A DNA stretch of 64,000 bases from Oopsacas minuta (taxonomy: Eukaryota; Animalia; Porifera): assembly GCA_024704765.1 (NCBI GenBank), contig JAKMXF010000365.1, forward strand, positions 124,001 to 188,000, given 5' to 3'. Shown in pieces: positions 11,038 through 27,330 of this stretch. The position numbers and the translations under genes are program-made. Below the pieces are notes generated by a model. That model did not search any database, had not been told where the DNA came from, and was given only the letters and a program-made list of their open reading frames with translations. Each line of letters starts with the position of its first letter. Position 1 is the stretch's first letter.

Positions 11038-11563
11038 TGTATACATACCAACCTTGTACTAAGATGTGTAATTAGGAAGGGTACAATTTTGAGGTGTGAA
11101 TGCGCACCCTGAGGATGATAAATCTGTAATCTAAGACAGATCTAAACAATCCTCTAATACCTCTATCTCTTCAGAAATAGAATCTGCTTTAGCCTTACAG
11201 TCAACACCCATTGAATCGCCGCAACCTCACATAATTGGAACTAACCAGCGATTAGTTCCAATTCATAGGCCTATAAGTCCTCTCGTTTCTAACCATGTGT
11301 ACTCCACTCCAAGCAGTGATTCGGACAGTCATATTTGTATCAGAGATCCAAAGAAGAAATTCTCCCAAAGTGACAGGGTAAGTTCTGTTCTAAATTTAGA
11401 ACAGATTCAGAACTAATAAATTCCAGCTTAGAAATACTGCCACTTCACACCTAATTACCAAATTTCTAGTTTGTAGCTTTTAATAACTTATCAATATAAG
11501 AGTTGATATATTTAAAATAATATATCAATAAACAAACAAACTAATAACAAACAAACAAACAAA

Positions 11564-12775
11564 CTAGTAATATATTTCTAGACCGTAGTTCTCATTCACT
11601 GACACAGTAACTAATCTCCCGTTTGGAGTTATAGCTATTCCTTTGGGACTATATAACATTCCTTGTTTGTGTCCCTTTGTTCCTACCGTGTGTAGGAGAT
11701 TGCCTTCTGGAGAGAATACCCGAATTGAGTGAGAGTTGTTATCGCTAATTACAAAGTTGTTAAGTGGATCTAGACAGAAGAAGTAAGGGCCTAACACATC
11801 CATTCCTTTGGTAATGAGGGAGTGTAGCTTGTCTCCTTCTAGGGTTAGCACATGCATACACGGGTTGTTAGATGGACACAGTACGTACACGCGGTCACGT
11901 GACACTTTAACATCAAATGGTTCTCTCATAGACTGATGAGTAATGTTATGGAGATGGTTCAGGTCTGTGTCATGTACGCTGATTCTGTTGTTCAAGCTAT
12001 CTGCTATAAACACATGACCGATGGGATCTGTTGTTAGTTGACGAGGATAGTTGAATTGTCCGTTGTTTGATCCCTCACCTCCTATCTTCCTAACAAGACT
12101 CATGTCAGTTAGTGTGAATTGGCTTACAGTGTTAGGTACCCAGCGGCTGACATACACATTCTCTTTGTGTATAGCTATACCGTATGGAAGAAACAGCTGT
12201 CCTTCGCCCAGCTGATTGAGGTACTCTCCTGTTTCAGAGAATATCTCTACTCTGTTATTGTTACGATTAACTATGAATATTTGGTGAGAATCTTCATGTA
12301 TAGCTACACCTAATGGAACAATCAACTCTCCAGGACCGAAACCTTGCTTTCCAGTAGCAACGGTGGACGTTTGGAATTTAGCATAATCTGGTACCTGTAT
12401 GATCTCTCCTAGACGGAAAATGGTCGTTTCTAGGTTGCGTGTGTCGCACTTCCACTTTAATTGTGTCTCTATGGGAGCGTTGTTTCGCAGGTCTCTCAAT
12501 TTGTCCTCCATTTCTCGGACCATTCCCTCTTGCATGGACTGGAAAGGGTTTTCTTTTAGGGCTTCTTGGAGAAGTCCCTGTGCTTCTGTCAGTTGAGCGG
12601 TCATTTGTTGCCTAGCGATCTCCGCGGCTCTCTTGTCCTCTCGTATGTTACGGACTAGTCCCAGTAGCTGAGCTCTACGGAAGTTCAGCAGCCCTATGAG
12701 ACCATCAATTGTGTAGTTGATGTGTGTCTCTATTGGATCTACGATGTGAGAGGTGATTGGGTAATGTTCTGCCAT
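11564..12775 (-). CDS. Coiled-coil plus NHL-repeat protein, single exon, 403 aa
   Basis: N-terminal helical/coiled-coil region followed by NHL blades (PLGVAI, YPRQL..HVFIADSLNNRI, PKGIAI). Confidence 0.92.
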   Translation of the reverse strand: MAEHYPITSHIVDPIETHINYTIDGLIGLLNFRRAQLLGLVRNIREDKRAAEIARQQMTAQLTEAQGLLQEALKENPFQSMQEGMVREMEDKLRDLRNNAPIETQLKWKCDTRNLETTIFRLGEIIQVPDYAKFQTSTVATGKQGFGPGELIVPLGVAIHEDSHQIFIVNRNNNRVEIFSETGEYLNQLGEGQLFLPYGIAIHKENVYVSRWVPNTVSQFTLTDMSLVRKIGGEGSNNGQFNYPRQLTTDPIGHVFIADSLNNRISVHDTDLNHLHNITHQSMREPFDVKVSRDRVYVLCPSNNPCMHVLTLEGDKLHSLITKGMDVLGPYFFCLDPLNNFVISDNNSHSIRVFSPEGNLLHTVGTKGHKQGMLYSPKGIAITPNGRLVTVSVNENYGLEIYY

Positions 12776-13605
12776 TTTGTTGAGGATAAAGCTTATTTGT
12801 AATTGGAACAGAGCTGTTAAGAGTGTATAAGTAAGTATAAAAAATGAAATAGTTATAGAATGATATTAAAATGGCGCCCACGCGCGCCTTCATGAAGCCA
12901 CTCAAGCCATTAACACTTTGCCCTTTGCTTAATTATCTAATACCCAACAAGCAACCACTCCAAACAAATCAAATAAATTGAGTATTGTCTATTTAATGAA
13001 TTCTAATTTATATCATTGAAAGCATTTATAGAGTTCACATATTTGTTATCAGATATATCCTGTCCTTGCCCCCAGGGGCAAGGACAGTCTTTTAGACAAT
13101 GGTTAACGAATCCAAGAAAGGACTTCAATTTCTCTCCAAATATTGTGAGTATAAATTCACAACCAATATTGTAGCTATTATAAGAAATTCCAATGCACAT
13201 GCAACACTTCTTCTATCGCTACTCTACATCTCAGCTGAGTATGCACACTCCACTTTGTATTATATGGAAATTGACTGTAAGGGGTAATCGGCTCCAGGAA
13301 ATATGGACAGTTTAACGGTATGATAAGGCTCCTGTTGTTGTTATTATTGTTATTGCTAGCGACAATAACTTAACAAAACTATTTGCAATTTATGAATACG
13401 GAAATCTTAGGTTTGTACCCTATGATCCTATCTGAAATTCTGATACCTTAATAGTTAAAGTTCACTAAATAAAGTGTGAAAATATTATATTTAGAAACCT
13501 CCTGACAACAGATGCATCCCAATGTACCCACAGACCAATTTTGAATCCAATAGGGTCTGTACTTCTACCAAACAAATAAATACAAACACATTTAATACAA
13601 ACTTT

Positions 13606-14904
13606 TCATTGAATATTGTTAGACTTAAAATTATGTCCGCTACAGATTAATAACAAATTCCTGCATTTTTGTTTACAACACTTTTTACAACATTTGTGGT
13701 CACATTTCGCGGACAATGGATTGCAACCACATTCACTACAAAATGAGTATAATTCCAATCTTGATTTCTTGCAGTTTGAATTTGAGTTTTCCTGGAAATG
13801 TTTGCGATCTTTCTTAGATGAAAGTCCATCTGATTTCTTGTAAACTAATTCGCACACATTTTCTGTAGATACGACACTTTTTTGTGGTTCATTTTTGGTG
13901 GCATGGTGTAGATAAGGTCGACACACAAACTTGGAACCAAAGTTGTCCATCTCAACGCCGATATTTCCAACAATATCCATCAAACACTTAAAATCACTCG
14001 CAGTCCCGATTTGTTGTCTGAATTTCTCGAATCGATAGTTTTGTAATACATCGTGGAATATTTTAAAGAGGTGACCACGAATCGCGCTGGTATGTACTGG
14101 ATACTGGACCACCATTTCTAAATACCCCCGGGCCACTTCGTACACACAAGGGGTCGTGTCTGTGAAAAGCGCAGGATTATATAACAAGCCCTCTGCGGAC
14201 ATAACACCATCAGATTTTGTCAACAACAAACAATTCTTGACGTCATCAAGGCACAATATATTACCATTAGCGAAAACTGGAATAGAAACTGCTTGCTTGA
14301 CAGCTAAGATATGTTCCCAACTAGCTGAACCCGTCAGGACCCCCTTTTGGTCCCTTGTCCTCCCATGAACAGTCAAAATACTAACACCTTTGCTCTGTAA
14401 AAATAGTGCGTATTCAATAGTTCGTGTTATCTCAGGGAAAATTCTAATTTTACAGGTGACTGGTATTTTTAGGTTGTCATGTAAGATTGAAATAAGTTCG
14501 CCTATTAATTCCCAATTGTCCTGGAGGAAAGCGCCGTAATTACCCTTCTTAGCGATGGACTGTGGACACCCGAGATTGATATCAACACCATCACATCGGT
14601 CCTCAACCAGACGTGCAGCCTCCAATAAAATTACAGGATCATTAGCACAAAATTGAACAATTAGTGGTCTGTCTTTGGGAACTGTTGTGAAATTTTTAGC
14701 GCGGTAATTCTTATCTTTTAAGAACATTCCTGAGTGTAACATGGGAGTGAAGCAAAGTTGTGCGCCAAAATTACGACATAGCATACGAAAAGGAAGTTCA
14801 GATTGATCAACCATTGGCGCTAGTATGAATTTTGGTGAATTTAGTGTTTTTTGGTAGAATTCGTAAGCTGAGTTTATTATTGTTGTTGTTTGTTTGCTTG
14901 CCAT
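13606..14904 (-). CDS. DUS1L: tRNA-dihydrouridine(16/17) synthase-like, single exon
   Basis: FILAPMVDQSELPFRMLCR, PLIVQFCAND, GVDINLGCPQSIAKKGNYGAFL, TVHGRT and a Cys-rich C-terminus. First ATG is at 14904. Confidence 0.95.
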   Translation of the reverse strand: MASKQTTTIINSAYEFYQKTLNSPKFILAPMVDQSELPFRMLCRNFGAQLCFTPMLHSGMFLKDKNYRAKNFTTVPKDRPLIVQFCANDPVILLEAARLVEDRCDGVDINLGCPQSIAKKGNYGAFLQDNWELIGELISILHDNLKIPVTCKIRIFPEITRTIEYALFLQSKGVSILTVHGRTRDQKGVLTGSASWEHILAVKQAVSIPVFANGNILCLDDVKNCLLLTKSDGVMSAEGLLYNPALFTDTTPCVYEVARGYLEMVVQYPVHTSAIRGHLFKIFHDVLQNYRFEKFRQQIGTASDFKCLMDIVGNIGVEMDNFGSKFVCRPYLHHATKNEPQKSVVSTENVCELVYKKSDGLSSKKDRKHFQENSNSNCKKSRLELYSFCSECGCNPLSAKCDHKCCKKCCKQKCRNLLLICSGHNFKSNNIQ

Positions 14905-14937
14905 AATTTCTATAATTAGTAACAAATAAACAAATTA

Positions 14938-15036
14938 CAGTAGACTCTGCTTATACACATCTTTCATAGAGCTACCGGTTAATCGGGTCACAATGGTCTC
15001 TGATACCGATTAAACTCTATTAAGCAGAGTCTAATG
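14938..15036. mobile_element. Tc1/mariner/pogo-type MITE (family C)
   Basis: TIRs CAGTAGACTCTGCTTA and TAAGCAGAGTCTAATG (15/16 match), flanked by TA on both sides. Confidence 0.85.
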
Positions 15037-15433
15037 TATTTCAAAGATTGTATGACTTTAAGAGCTTTACTGCTTTGTTAAAAGTATTAATCACTATTAC
15101 AATAATAGCACACGAGGATAATATGTTGAGTATTCTGTTAATATAGCAATCGATTCTTCAGTCTAAGCAACTAATGTGGCAATTGTGACAGGTTTTCGAA
15201 TACTTTTGTAATCACGTTCTGTTTATGTGTCCTGAAATATTGCGCCAAATAAAGTATATAATATAAATGAGGTTATTTTGATTCATGTCCCAGTTTCCAT
15301 GGTTACCTCGTTGGTATTTGGCTATACCCCTCAGAGAGGGAGGGTATCATTGGTCTACTATTCTACTTATTTTAGAGGTAACTAATTATAGGATAATTTA
15401 ATTAAGAAATATTATTAATATTAAGCACAGGAA

Positions 15434-16685
15434 TTATGAAGAAAATATTTGTAAACAGAAATTTATGTTATTAGATACACAAATAAGTTTTGTGTTATGT
15501 ATTGCTATGCCTCTAGGGGAGAACAACATTCCAGCTTTGTGTCCTTCCTGTCCTATCCTGTGTAGGAGGTCTCCTTCTGGTGAGAATACTTTGATTTGGT
15601 TAGCAGAGCAGTCGCTAATGACAATGTTATTGTGTCTATCCAAACAGAAGAAGTATGCTCCTTGAAATTTCATTCCTATTCCTCCTCCAGTAACTAAGGA
15701 GCGGGACTTCTCTCCTGAGAGAGTATACACGTGTATACACGGATTGTTACTTCTACTCAACACAAATATTTCATTTTTTGTGAATTTAACATCCTCAGGT
15801 TCGCTCATGGTTTTGTGTTCTAGCGTGTCTTTAAATACCAGATTAGTTGTTAGAATTTGTAGTCTGTTGTTGTTATAATCTGGCACATGAAGGTGTTGAT
15901 TAGGAGAGATGGCGGGTTGTCTTGGTTGATTGAACTCTTCACTACCAGATCCTCTCGTACCTACTCGCTTTATCATAGTTAGGTCTGGTAGCTTGAATAG
16001 GAAGATAGCGTGATGTCCTATGTCTGTGACATAAATGTTGTCCTCATGTATTAGGATACCCCATGGCCTCTCCAGGTGTTGATATCCGAATTCGTTTAGA
16101 TAGTCTCCTGTCTGAGAGAATATTTGGATTCTTTTGTTGCCATCATCTGCCACATAAATGTGTCCAGATTCTGTCTCGATGGAAATACCAGCTGGGTATT
16201 TGAGCTCTCCCTGTCCTGATCCAAATTTCCCAACAGCAACAATGGGTTGTTGGAATGTAGCATAATCTGGGATTGCCACCATAGGAGGGATGAGAGATAT
16301 TTCATGTTGGGTTATTTCTCCCAGACGAGCGATGCTTTCCTCGAGGTGGTGGTGCATTGTGGTGGAGTTCTTTCATTTTAGCCTCCATCTCTTCGACTAT
16401 TTTCTCTTGGACGGAATGAAGCATATTATGAGTCATTCGACCTTCCACAAGAGCTCGGGTCTCATCCAGCTGTTGCTTCATCTGTTCACGAGTCACCAGA
16501 TTAGCTATGATTGATTCTCGTTTTTCTTTTAATGTGGCTAAGAGATGGACCCGTCTCTGATTTAGGAGGAATATTAACTTGTCGATTGACTGGTTAATTT
16601 CTAAGGCTATTGGGTCGATATGTGGCACTGGAAGTGGTTCAGGCAGATGTGACACTCCGATGGTTTCTGGGAATTGTGTCGCCAT
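15434..16685 (-). pseudogene. Frameshifted coiled-coil plus NHL gene, paralog of the gene at 2-970
   Basis: ORFs 16685-16302 and 16357-15434 are one gene split by a 35-bp deletion at about 16340 relative to the copy at 20-61. Confidence 0.8.
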
Positions 16686-17151
16686 GATTTGGTCAATTAT
16701 TTGTTAGTTGTTTGGTGTGAATTTGTGAATATTATTTGTTTCAAATATAACAGAATTTATAGTTTCTATTGAATGAATATTTTCAATAGAAAACCGCTGA
16801 ACTGACACAATTATTAAAATAGAATTATTCTCAGTGGTTTGTGTCGTATTCTCACTTCCATGAACTCTGTTCTTGTGACACAATCTAATCCCAGAAGTTA
16901 TTCCATAATTCGATAAGTTTATTGTGTCGATGTCTGTTAATTAAGCCATTTAGCTAATTGATTATTCCATCACATTCCAAGCAACCAATTTGGTTACTAA
17001 TTTGCATTGTAAACCCTGAAATCTGATTCGCTGAGATATTGGTTATCTTTCTTTATGAATTATATTATTTTCAGACTCAGGGTGCGCGTTCACACCTCAA
17101 AATTGTACCCTTCCTAATTACATATCTTAGTACAAGGTTGATATGTATACA

Positions 17152-17275
17152 CAATCAACTCTTGTTTTATCTAACACGGAAATATCAAACTACCCGCCTA
17201 ATTCGAAGTGTGAACTTGTACAAATATGGTCCCAAACCCGCCAAGTAACATAAATTTCATCGGTAATATCGAAGT
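17152..17275. mobile_element. MITE family A copy, inverted relative to the 10871-11037 copy
   Basis: Reverse complement of the family A core. Confidence 0.7.
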
Positions 17276-17460
17276 TCAAACGACACGTGACTCAAATTCC
17301 CTAAATTTTGACATATCACCTCCTGTGTCACGCTTCTTCACAGTTTTTTAAACATAAATAACAACAGATAATACTACTAATTCAATTATTGATAATATTT
17401 ATGATATACCAGTAGCGAATAGATGAATACAGATTTTACATCAAAGAGATTGGGTTGCCT

Positions 17461-22517
<5,057 letters not shown>

Positions 22518-22798
22518 TCAATTTGGGTTATGACACTATAGTCTCTTGTAATTATCTTATAATGAAAACAATGAGTCACTCGTGGGTTTTATGTCTCGAT
22601 GAAATTTGTGAACCCCCTCCCATAGACTGTAATACATATTTTGAGATCATGTGCACCCCTTACTGTCATCCGTGGACCACTAAGGGGTCAATAGAATTTT
22701 ACAAAAATGTGTCCCAAAAGGAATAAACATTTCACATAGCATAAATATCTAGAAATTCTGTTTACCACAGCTAAAAAACAAACAACGAACGACAATCT

Positions 22799-23122
22799 TT
22801 ACAAACGCGCCAACATTTTCGCTAACTCCCCACTCTTGTCAAGTTTTTGTAAATCAGAACATCCGCCTATATGTTTCCCGCCTATAAATATATTAGGCAC
22901 TGTACGCTGATTGGTTAGATCATCTAAAGCATCCTGTATTTCATTCCCATCACGTATAACATCGAGTTCCTTTATGCCTACACTTTTTGCTTTATGCTTT
23001 TTGAAGATGTCCTTGGCCGCGTCACAAAAATGGCAATAAGTTTTGCTATATACCATTACGTTATTGGCGCGTATTTCCTTTTCTACAGCTAGCTTTGTGG
23101 CTGTTTCTGTGGCTGATGCCAT
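22799..23122 (-). CDS. GLRX: Dithiol glutaredoxin, single exon
   Basis: YSKTYCHFC, TVPNIFIGGKHIGGCSDL. Confidence 0.95.
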   Translation of the reverse strand: MASATETATKLAVEKEIRANNVMVYSKTYCHFCDAAKDIFKKHKAKSVGIKELDVIRDGNEIQDALDDLTNQRTVPNIFIGGKHIGGCSDLQKLDKSGELAKMLARL

Positions 23123-23337
23123 TTGGTTTTGATATTTGTGCTATTGTATTATTAAAAAGTTAGTAAAATATCTCTAAGACTAAAAATCCAATTTAGATAC
23201 TCAAAATTACAAAAATGTAGGTTAGAATGCCCTCTTTCCGAAAATATGAGTTACGAGACAATTCATCTGATTATAACACCTATAATCTCGGTCTTAGTAA
23301 TCAATAATTAGATTATAATATTATTAGCTAAACACCA
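23123..23337. promoter_or_regulatory. Probable bidirectional promoter between GLRX and PRCC
   Basis: The two start codons face away from each other, 215 bp apart. Inferred from arrangement only. Confidence 0.5.
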
Positions 23338-24144
23338 ATGGCTCTTGTTGGTTACGACTCTAGTGACAATTCTGATAATTCAGAAAATGAAAATATTGAA
23401 ATAAAACCGATAAAAGCAACAAATAAATTTCTATCTTTACCAACGTGTGATTTTGACGAAGAGGATGACGCGCATTTTAACAAAATTCTTAACAAAACAG
23501 AAAAACAACCAAATTTGAAAGAAACAAACAAAAAATCAGGATTAATGAATTTACTTCCAAAGCCGAAATCTCTAATTATTTCAAATTCAAAGTTAAAATT
23601 AATCCCTCAATCAGTGAAAAATACAAAAAAAGAATTAATATCTTCTCAAAACGAAGAAATTCCTTTCTTCAGTTTTGTTGAAAAAAAGAAAAAAGAAATT
23701 CCATCGAATTCTATTCCAGAAAATGAAAAACTGAAACTACAAAACTCTGCTAGATTCGGTTACGGTAAATACGCCATCCAACCGATAGAAACACAGGCAT
23801 TTCCTAAACCTGTAGAAGTACCAGAACGAACCATGGATAATAACGAAATAGATCTGGTTATGACAGGCGGCAAGCGAAAAAGACCGATCCAAATGGAAAA
23901 TATCGTGGACATCAGTCAGGCCGATTTGATGGGAGATATTGAGCTAATCCAGTCTAAACGACTAACTGATGAAGCCGATTATATGTCACAAATTCCAAAG
24001 ACAGAATTTAGCGGACAACAAAGACGAAAACATCAAATGACCTATCTTGCATACCAAGCCAAAGAGAGAGAACTTGAACTTAAGAATCAATGGGCAGCGA
24101 ATAGAGCAAGTCAAAGAGAGACAAGAAAGAAGTATGGATTCTAA
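23338..24144 (+). CDS. PRCC: PRCC-like protein, single exon
   Basis: N-terminal MALVGYDSSD, LPKPK, and C-terminal QRRKHQMTYLAYQAKERELELKNQWA.NR..QRETRKKYGF. Confidence 0.92.
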   Translation: MALVGYDSSDNSDNSENENIEIKPIKATNKFLSLPTCDFDEEDDAHFNKILNKTEKQPNLKETNKKSGLMNLLPKPKSLIISNSKLKLIPQSVKNTKKELISSQNEEIPFFSFVEKKKKEIPSNSIPENEKLKLQNSARFGYGKYAIQPIETQAFPKPVEVPERTMDNNEIDLVMTGGKRKRPIQMENIVDISQADLMGDIELIQSKRLTDEADYMSQIPKTEFSGQQRRKHQMTYLAYQAKERELELKNQWAANRASQRETRKKYGF

Positions 24145-26329
24145 TTATATACAAAATTTGCTATACATATTGGTATTCTACTGTTTGAATATTGTAACGA
24201 CAGCAGGGGGGGGTCACAGAATGTGTTAACATTGGCATATAGGGGTCCACTGGTGAATAAGGTTAGGGACAGTTGTTTTAGCAGGATCAGGTTTCTGCAA
24301 GGGTTATTCAATTGGTATTACTCCAATTAATATGAACAGATTTTGACCCGTGTGCTGGTGTTCGTATTAATGAAGTTATTTGTAATTCTGAACAAAATTT
24401 ATGATTTTGAATGATCGAAGCTTTTAATACTGCCTTAGGCAAATTGGCAGGATTATCAACATTTGTGTTTACTTGAAAATAATAGCTAACAGTAAACAAA
24501 TGTTGATGTATAATAGTGATTACTGGGACAAATTGATCAAGTGTTATCTAAAAAATTGATCAAATGGGCGTATAGTGATCAATTGATAATATACTAGCCT
24601 AGACTAATGATTGGCATGCTTCGTTCCTGCAGAATTATCTACTAACATATTTTAGTAAGAAGAAATTTCAAACTTCCTGGAGGCATAAATTCCTTTAGGG
24701 GGTGCTTGTATGGCCCCCATGAGGGCAAGGAGATCCTTATGTGCCAACAGGCAACATTAGCTATACCGTAATTATGTAAATGAAGCTATTTTTAGGAAAC
24801 GATATTCATTACATATTCCTTTTGCCACATGGACATATATTAATTTTCGTATTATACACAATATAAAACGCGCCTAAAATGACATTACGCGCCTAAAAAT
24901 AATATTACGCGCCTAACTACAGGATATATCGTTTATTTGACACCTAGTTACAGCAATTTCAAAGGTCCCAGAAATATAGAATTGGTTGAAATACAAAATT
25001 ATCAAATATAAGATTGATAAATCAACTTCATATGAGACCGTCGATTTAAGGCATCTACTGAATCGACTCAGAGGTTTTCAAGGTGTTTGTCACACGATAT
25101 GGCACTCAAATTTCAGTAAATATATTCTTATGCTCGCGGTAAATATGATATAAAAATAGTAAACAGAATTGTGAACTCATTACAATTCAAAACAACATAC
25201 ATATAGTCACTAATTGAGCTAATTCTTAGTTAATCAAGTGATCTGTTTGCAATCCATTCATCTTATCTAGAATAAAAGTTGTTTATTAATATTTTAGGTC
25301 CAATTATGACCCCATGGGTACATATTGTCCTGTATTAATGTACCCTTGTGGCCACTATAAACAGAAATAAATATAGAACAAATGTTACTGAATTGAAAGT
25401 TACATTTTAGCGCCAAGAATTAGCGTCCATCGCGAAAATATTCACTTCCTTTTGCGCGCCTGAAGTAGGATATTACGCGCCTTAACTTGCAAAACACGCG
25501 CCAAATAACAAATTATCAAAATTTAAAACCCCAACTTCCTTGAATTTCCTCTCTCCATTATTACATGTACAATTTGACAAATGTGACAAATAACCCGAAC
25601 AGCTGATCCAAATTTCAAATCAGATTGTTATGATAGTATACCCTCATCTATTTTCAAAGTATTCCACTAACAAATAAGCCAGAATACGGTATGATTTGTG
25701 TGAAGTAAATACAAGAACATGTGTATACATAATTATTAACATGTATACATGAAGAGGAAATATATTTGATAAAAGATACACTATTAGATTATCGATCAGC
25801 TGTTTTTATCATCTCACTATAGATTGTAATTAAACTCGACTTGTTATTAAATATTTCAGTTAATAGCGTCCCTAAGTTTGCGCCGAATGTTATTCAGATA
25901 ATATAAGCCATGTGAATAAATAATTTAATTATGGCGCCACAATTAATAAATAATCTCCCCGCACGTTCTCTATTTTCTAGACGAGAAAAGATAAACTTGA
26001 TTAGCCCGCTGCGAACTACGAATAAAACATATGTTTAATACATTACGTCGGAAGTTTATCGTTATATTATAGTTATTTTAAAATATGCTTAGCCGAGTGT
26101 TATGAGAACTATTATAGCATGTAATCCATGCATTGAACAAATTGACTCAAAATTCCATCCAAAAAGTATGTATCGAACATTTCTTGGCTCAATCTATGGC
26201 GCTTGATATACCATTTATGCAATTATTACACAACTTGTAGACATTTCAGAAATGTATTCACATATTCAAAGCTTATTAATGACATTTGCTGCATAAAATT
26301 CAATGCAAATAAACTATTTTCAGAAGTGA

Positions 26330-26845
26330 TTATAATGTAAAATTGTCAGTTTGAGAGGGGAAGAAGGTGTAAGAGGGAGAACTTATGTTCCGTTTTATCT
26401 CACTAGGGTCGATTGGTTCTGTTTTAGGTGTCAAAAAGTTTGAAATTGGGAGGAAGGTATGTTGAAGTTGTGGGTAAGCAACAATTGGTTGACTTTGAAC
26501 CATCTTTTTGAATTTGGCACTCTCTGTAATTAATTTTGTCTTTTCATCAATTAACTTTTGTTTCCTCAAATGTAAAACTCGAATTTCAACTTCCATATCT
26601 GCCATTTGTTGCTGTTCACGAGCGCGGAAATTCTTGCTATATTTCCTGACTTTCACGCGTCTTCTCTGTTTAATAACTTTTTTGATCTCATCATTCGATA
26701 ATCCTTTTTTCTTGGCGTCCTTCCTCAATCCTGCGACTGTATACGGAGCTAAATCATCATCCGTGAATCCGTAAATAGCCTTCTGTTCGGCTGTATAGTC
26801 CATATCATCAATTGTTGAACTCGAATATTCTGACGAGACTGACAT
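26330..26845 (-). CDS. Atypical Maf/CNC-like bZIP transcription factor
   Basis: Extended homology region FTDDDL..TV..L......GLSNDEIKKVIKQRRR, a basic region, and heptad repeats downstream. First ATG is at 26845. Confidence 0.8.
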   Translation of the reverse strand: MSVSSEYSSSTIDDMDYTAEQKAIYGFTDDDLAPYTVAGLRKDAKKKGLSNDEIKKVIKQRRRVKVRKYSKNFRAREQQQMADMEVEIRVLHLRKQKLIDEKTKLITESAKFKKMVQSQPIVAYPQLQHTFLPISNFLTPKTEPIDPSEIKRNISSPSYTFFPSQTDNFTL

Positions 26846-27236
26846 TTCGAATATTTTCAATTTTGTTTATGTGTTTGATAAAAACAATCCAAAACATTCG
26901 TTTATATACTAAAAAGACTGAAAGTAATTTCGAATATTCATAGAATTTATTTGGATATTCCAAGTTAATTAGAAATATATTAGTTTCAGTTAGAATATGG
27001 TGTCTAAGTGTTTTACTTTCAAATATGTCTCAGTTCTATTCTATTAGAAATGCTATCTTTGCAGAACTTTGACAGATAATCTCTACCTGAGCTGAGTGGA
27101 CACTATTTATGATAACTTAGCTAATATGATATAGCCGCAGTTATTCCACAATTTGCAGAGACACAATGCAAATATCTCACAGTGGTTGGGCGGGGAAATG
27201 CCACAATATAATTGTTGATATTTGAGCATAATACTA

Positions 27237-27330
27237 CAGTGGGTATCGCTTATAAGAACACATTTTGTTACCCCCAAAAGTGTCCTTATAAGCTTTAAGT
27301 GGCCGATTACAACGGTTATTCCATTCAACT
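27237..27330. mobile_element. Family C-like MITE remnant
   Basis: TA-CAGTGGGTATCGCTTATAAGAACAC start, with an internal inverted GTGTCCTTATAAGC. Confidence 0.5.
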
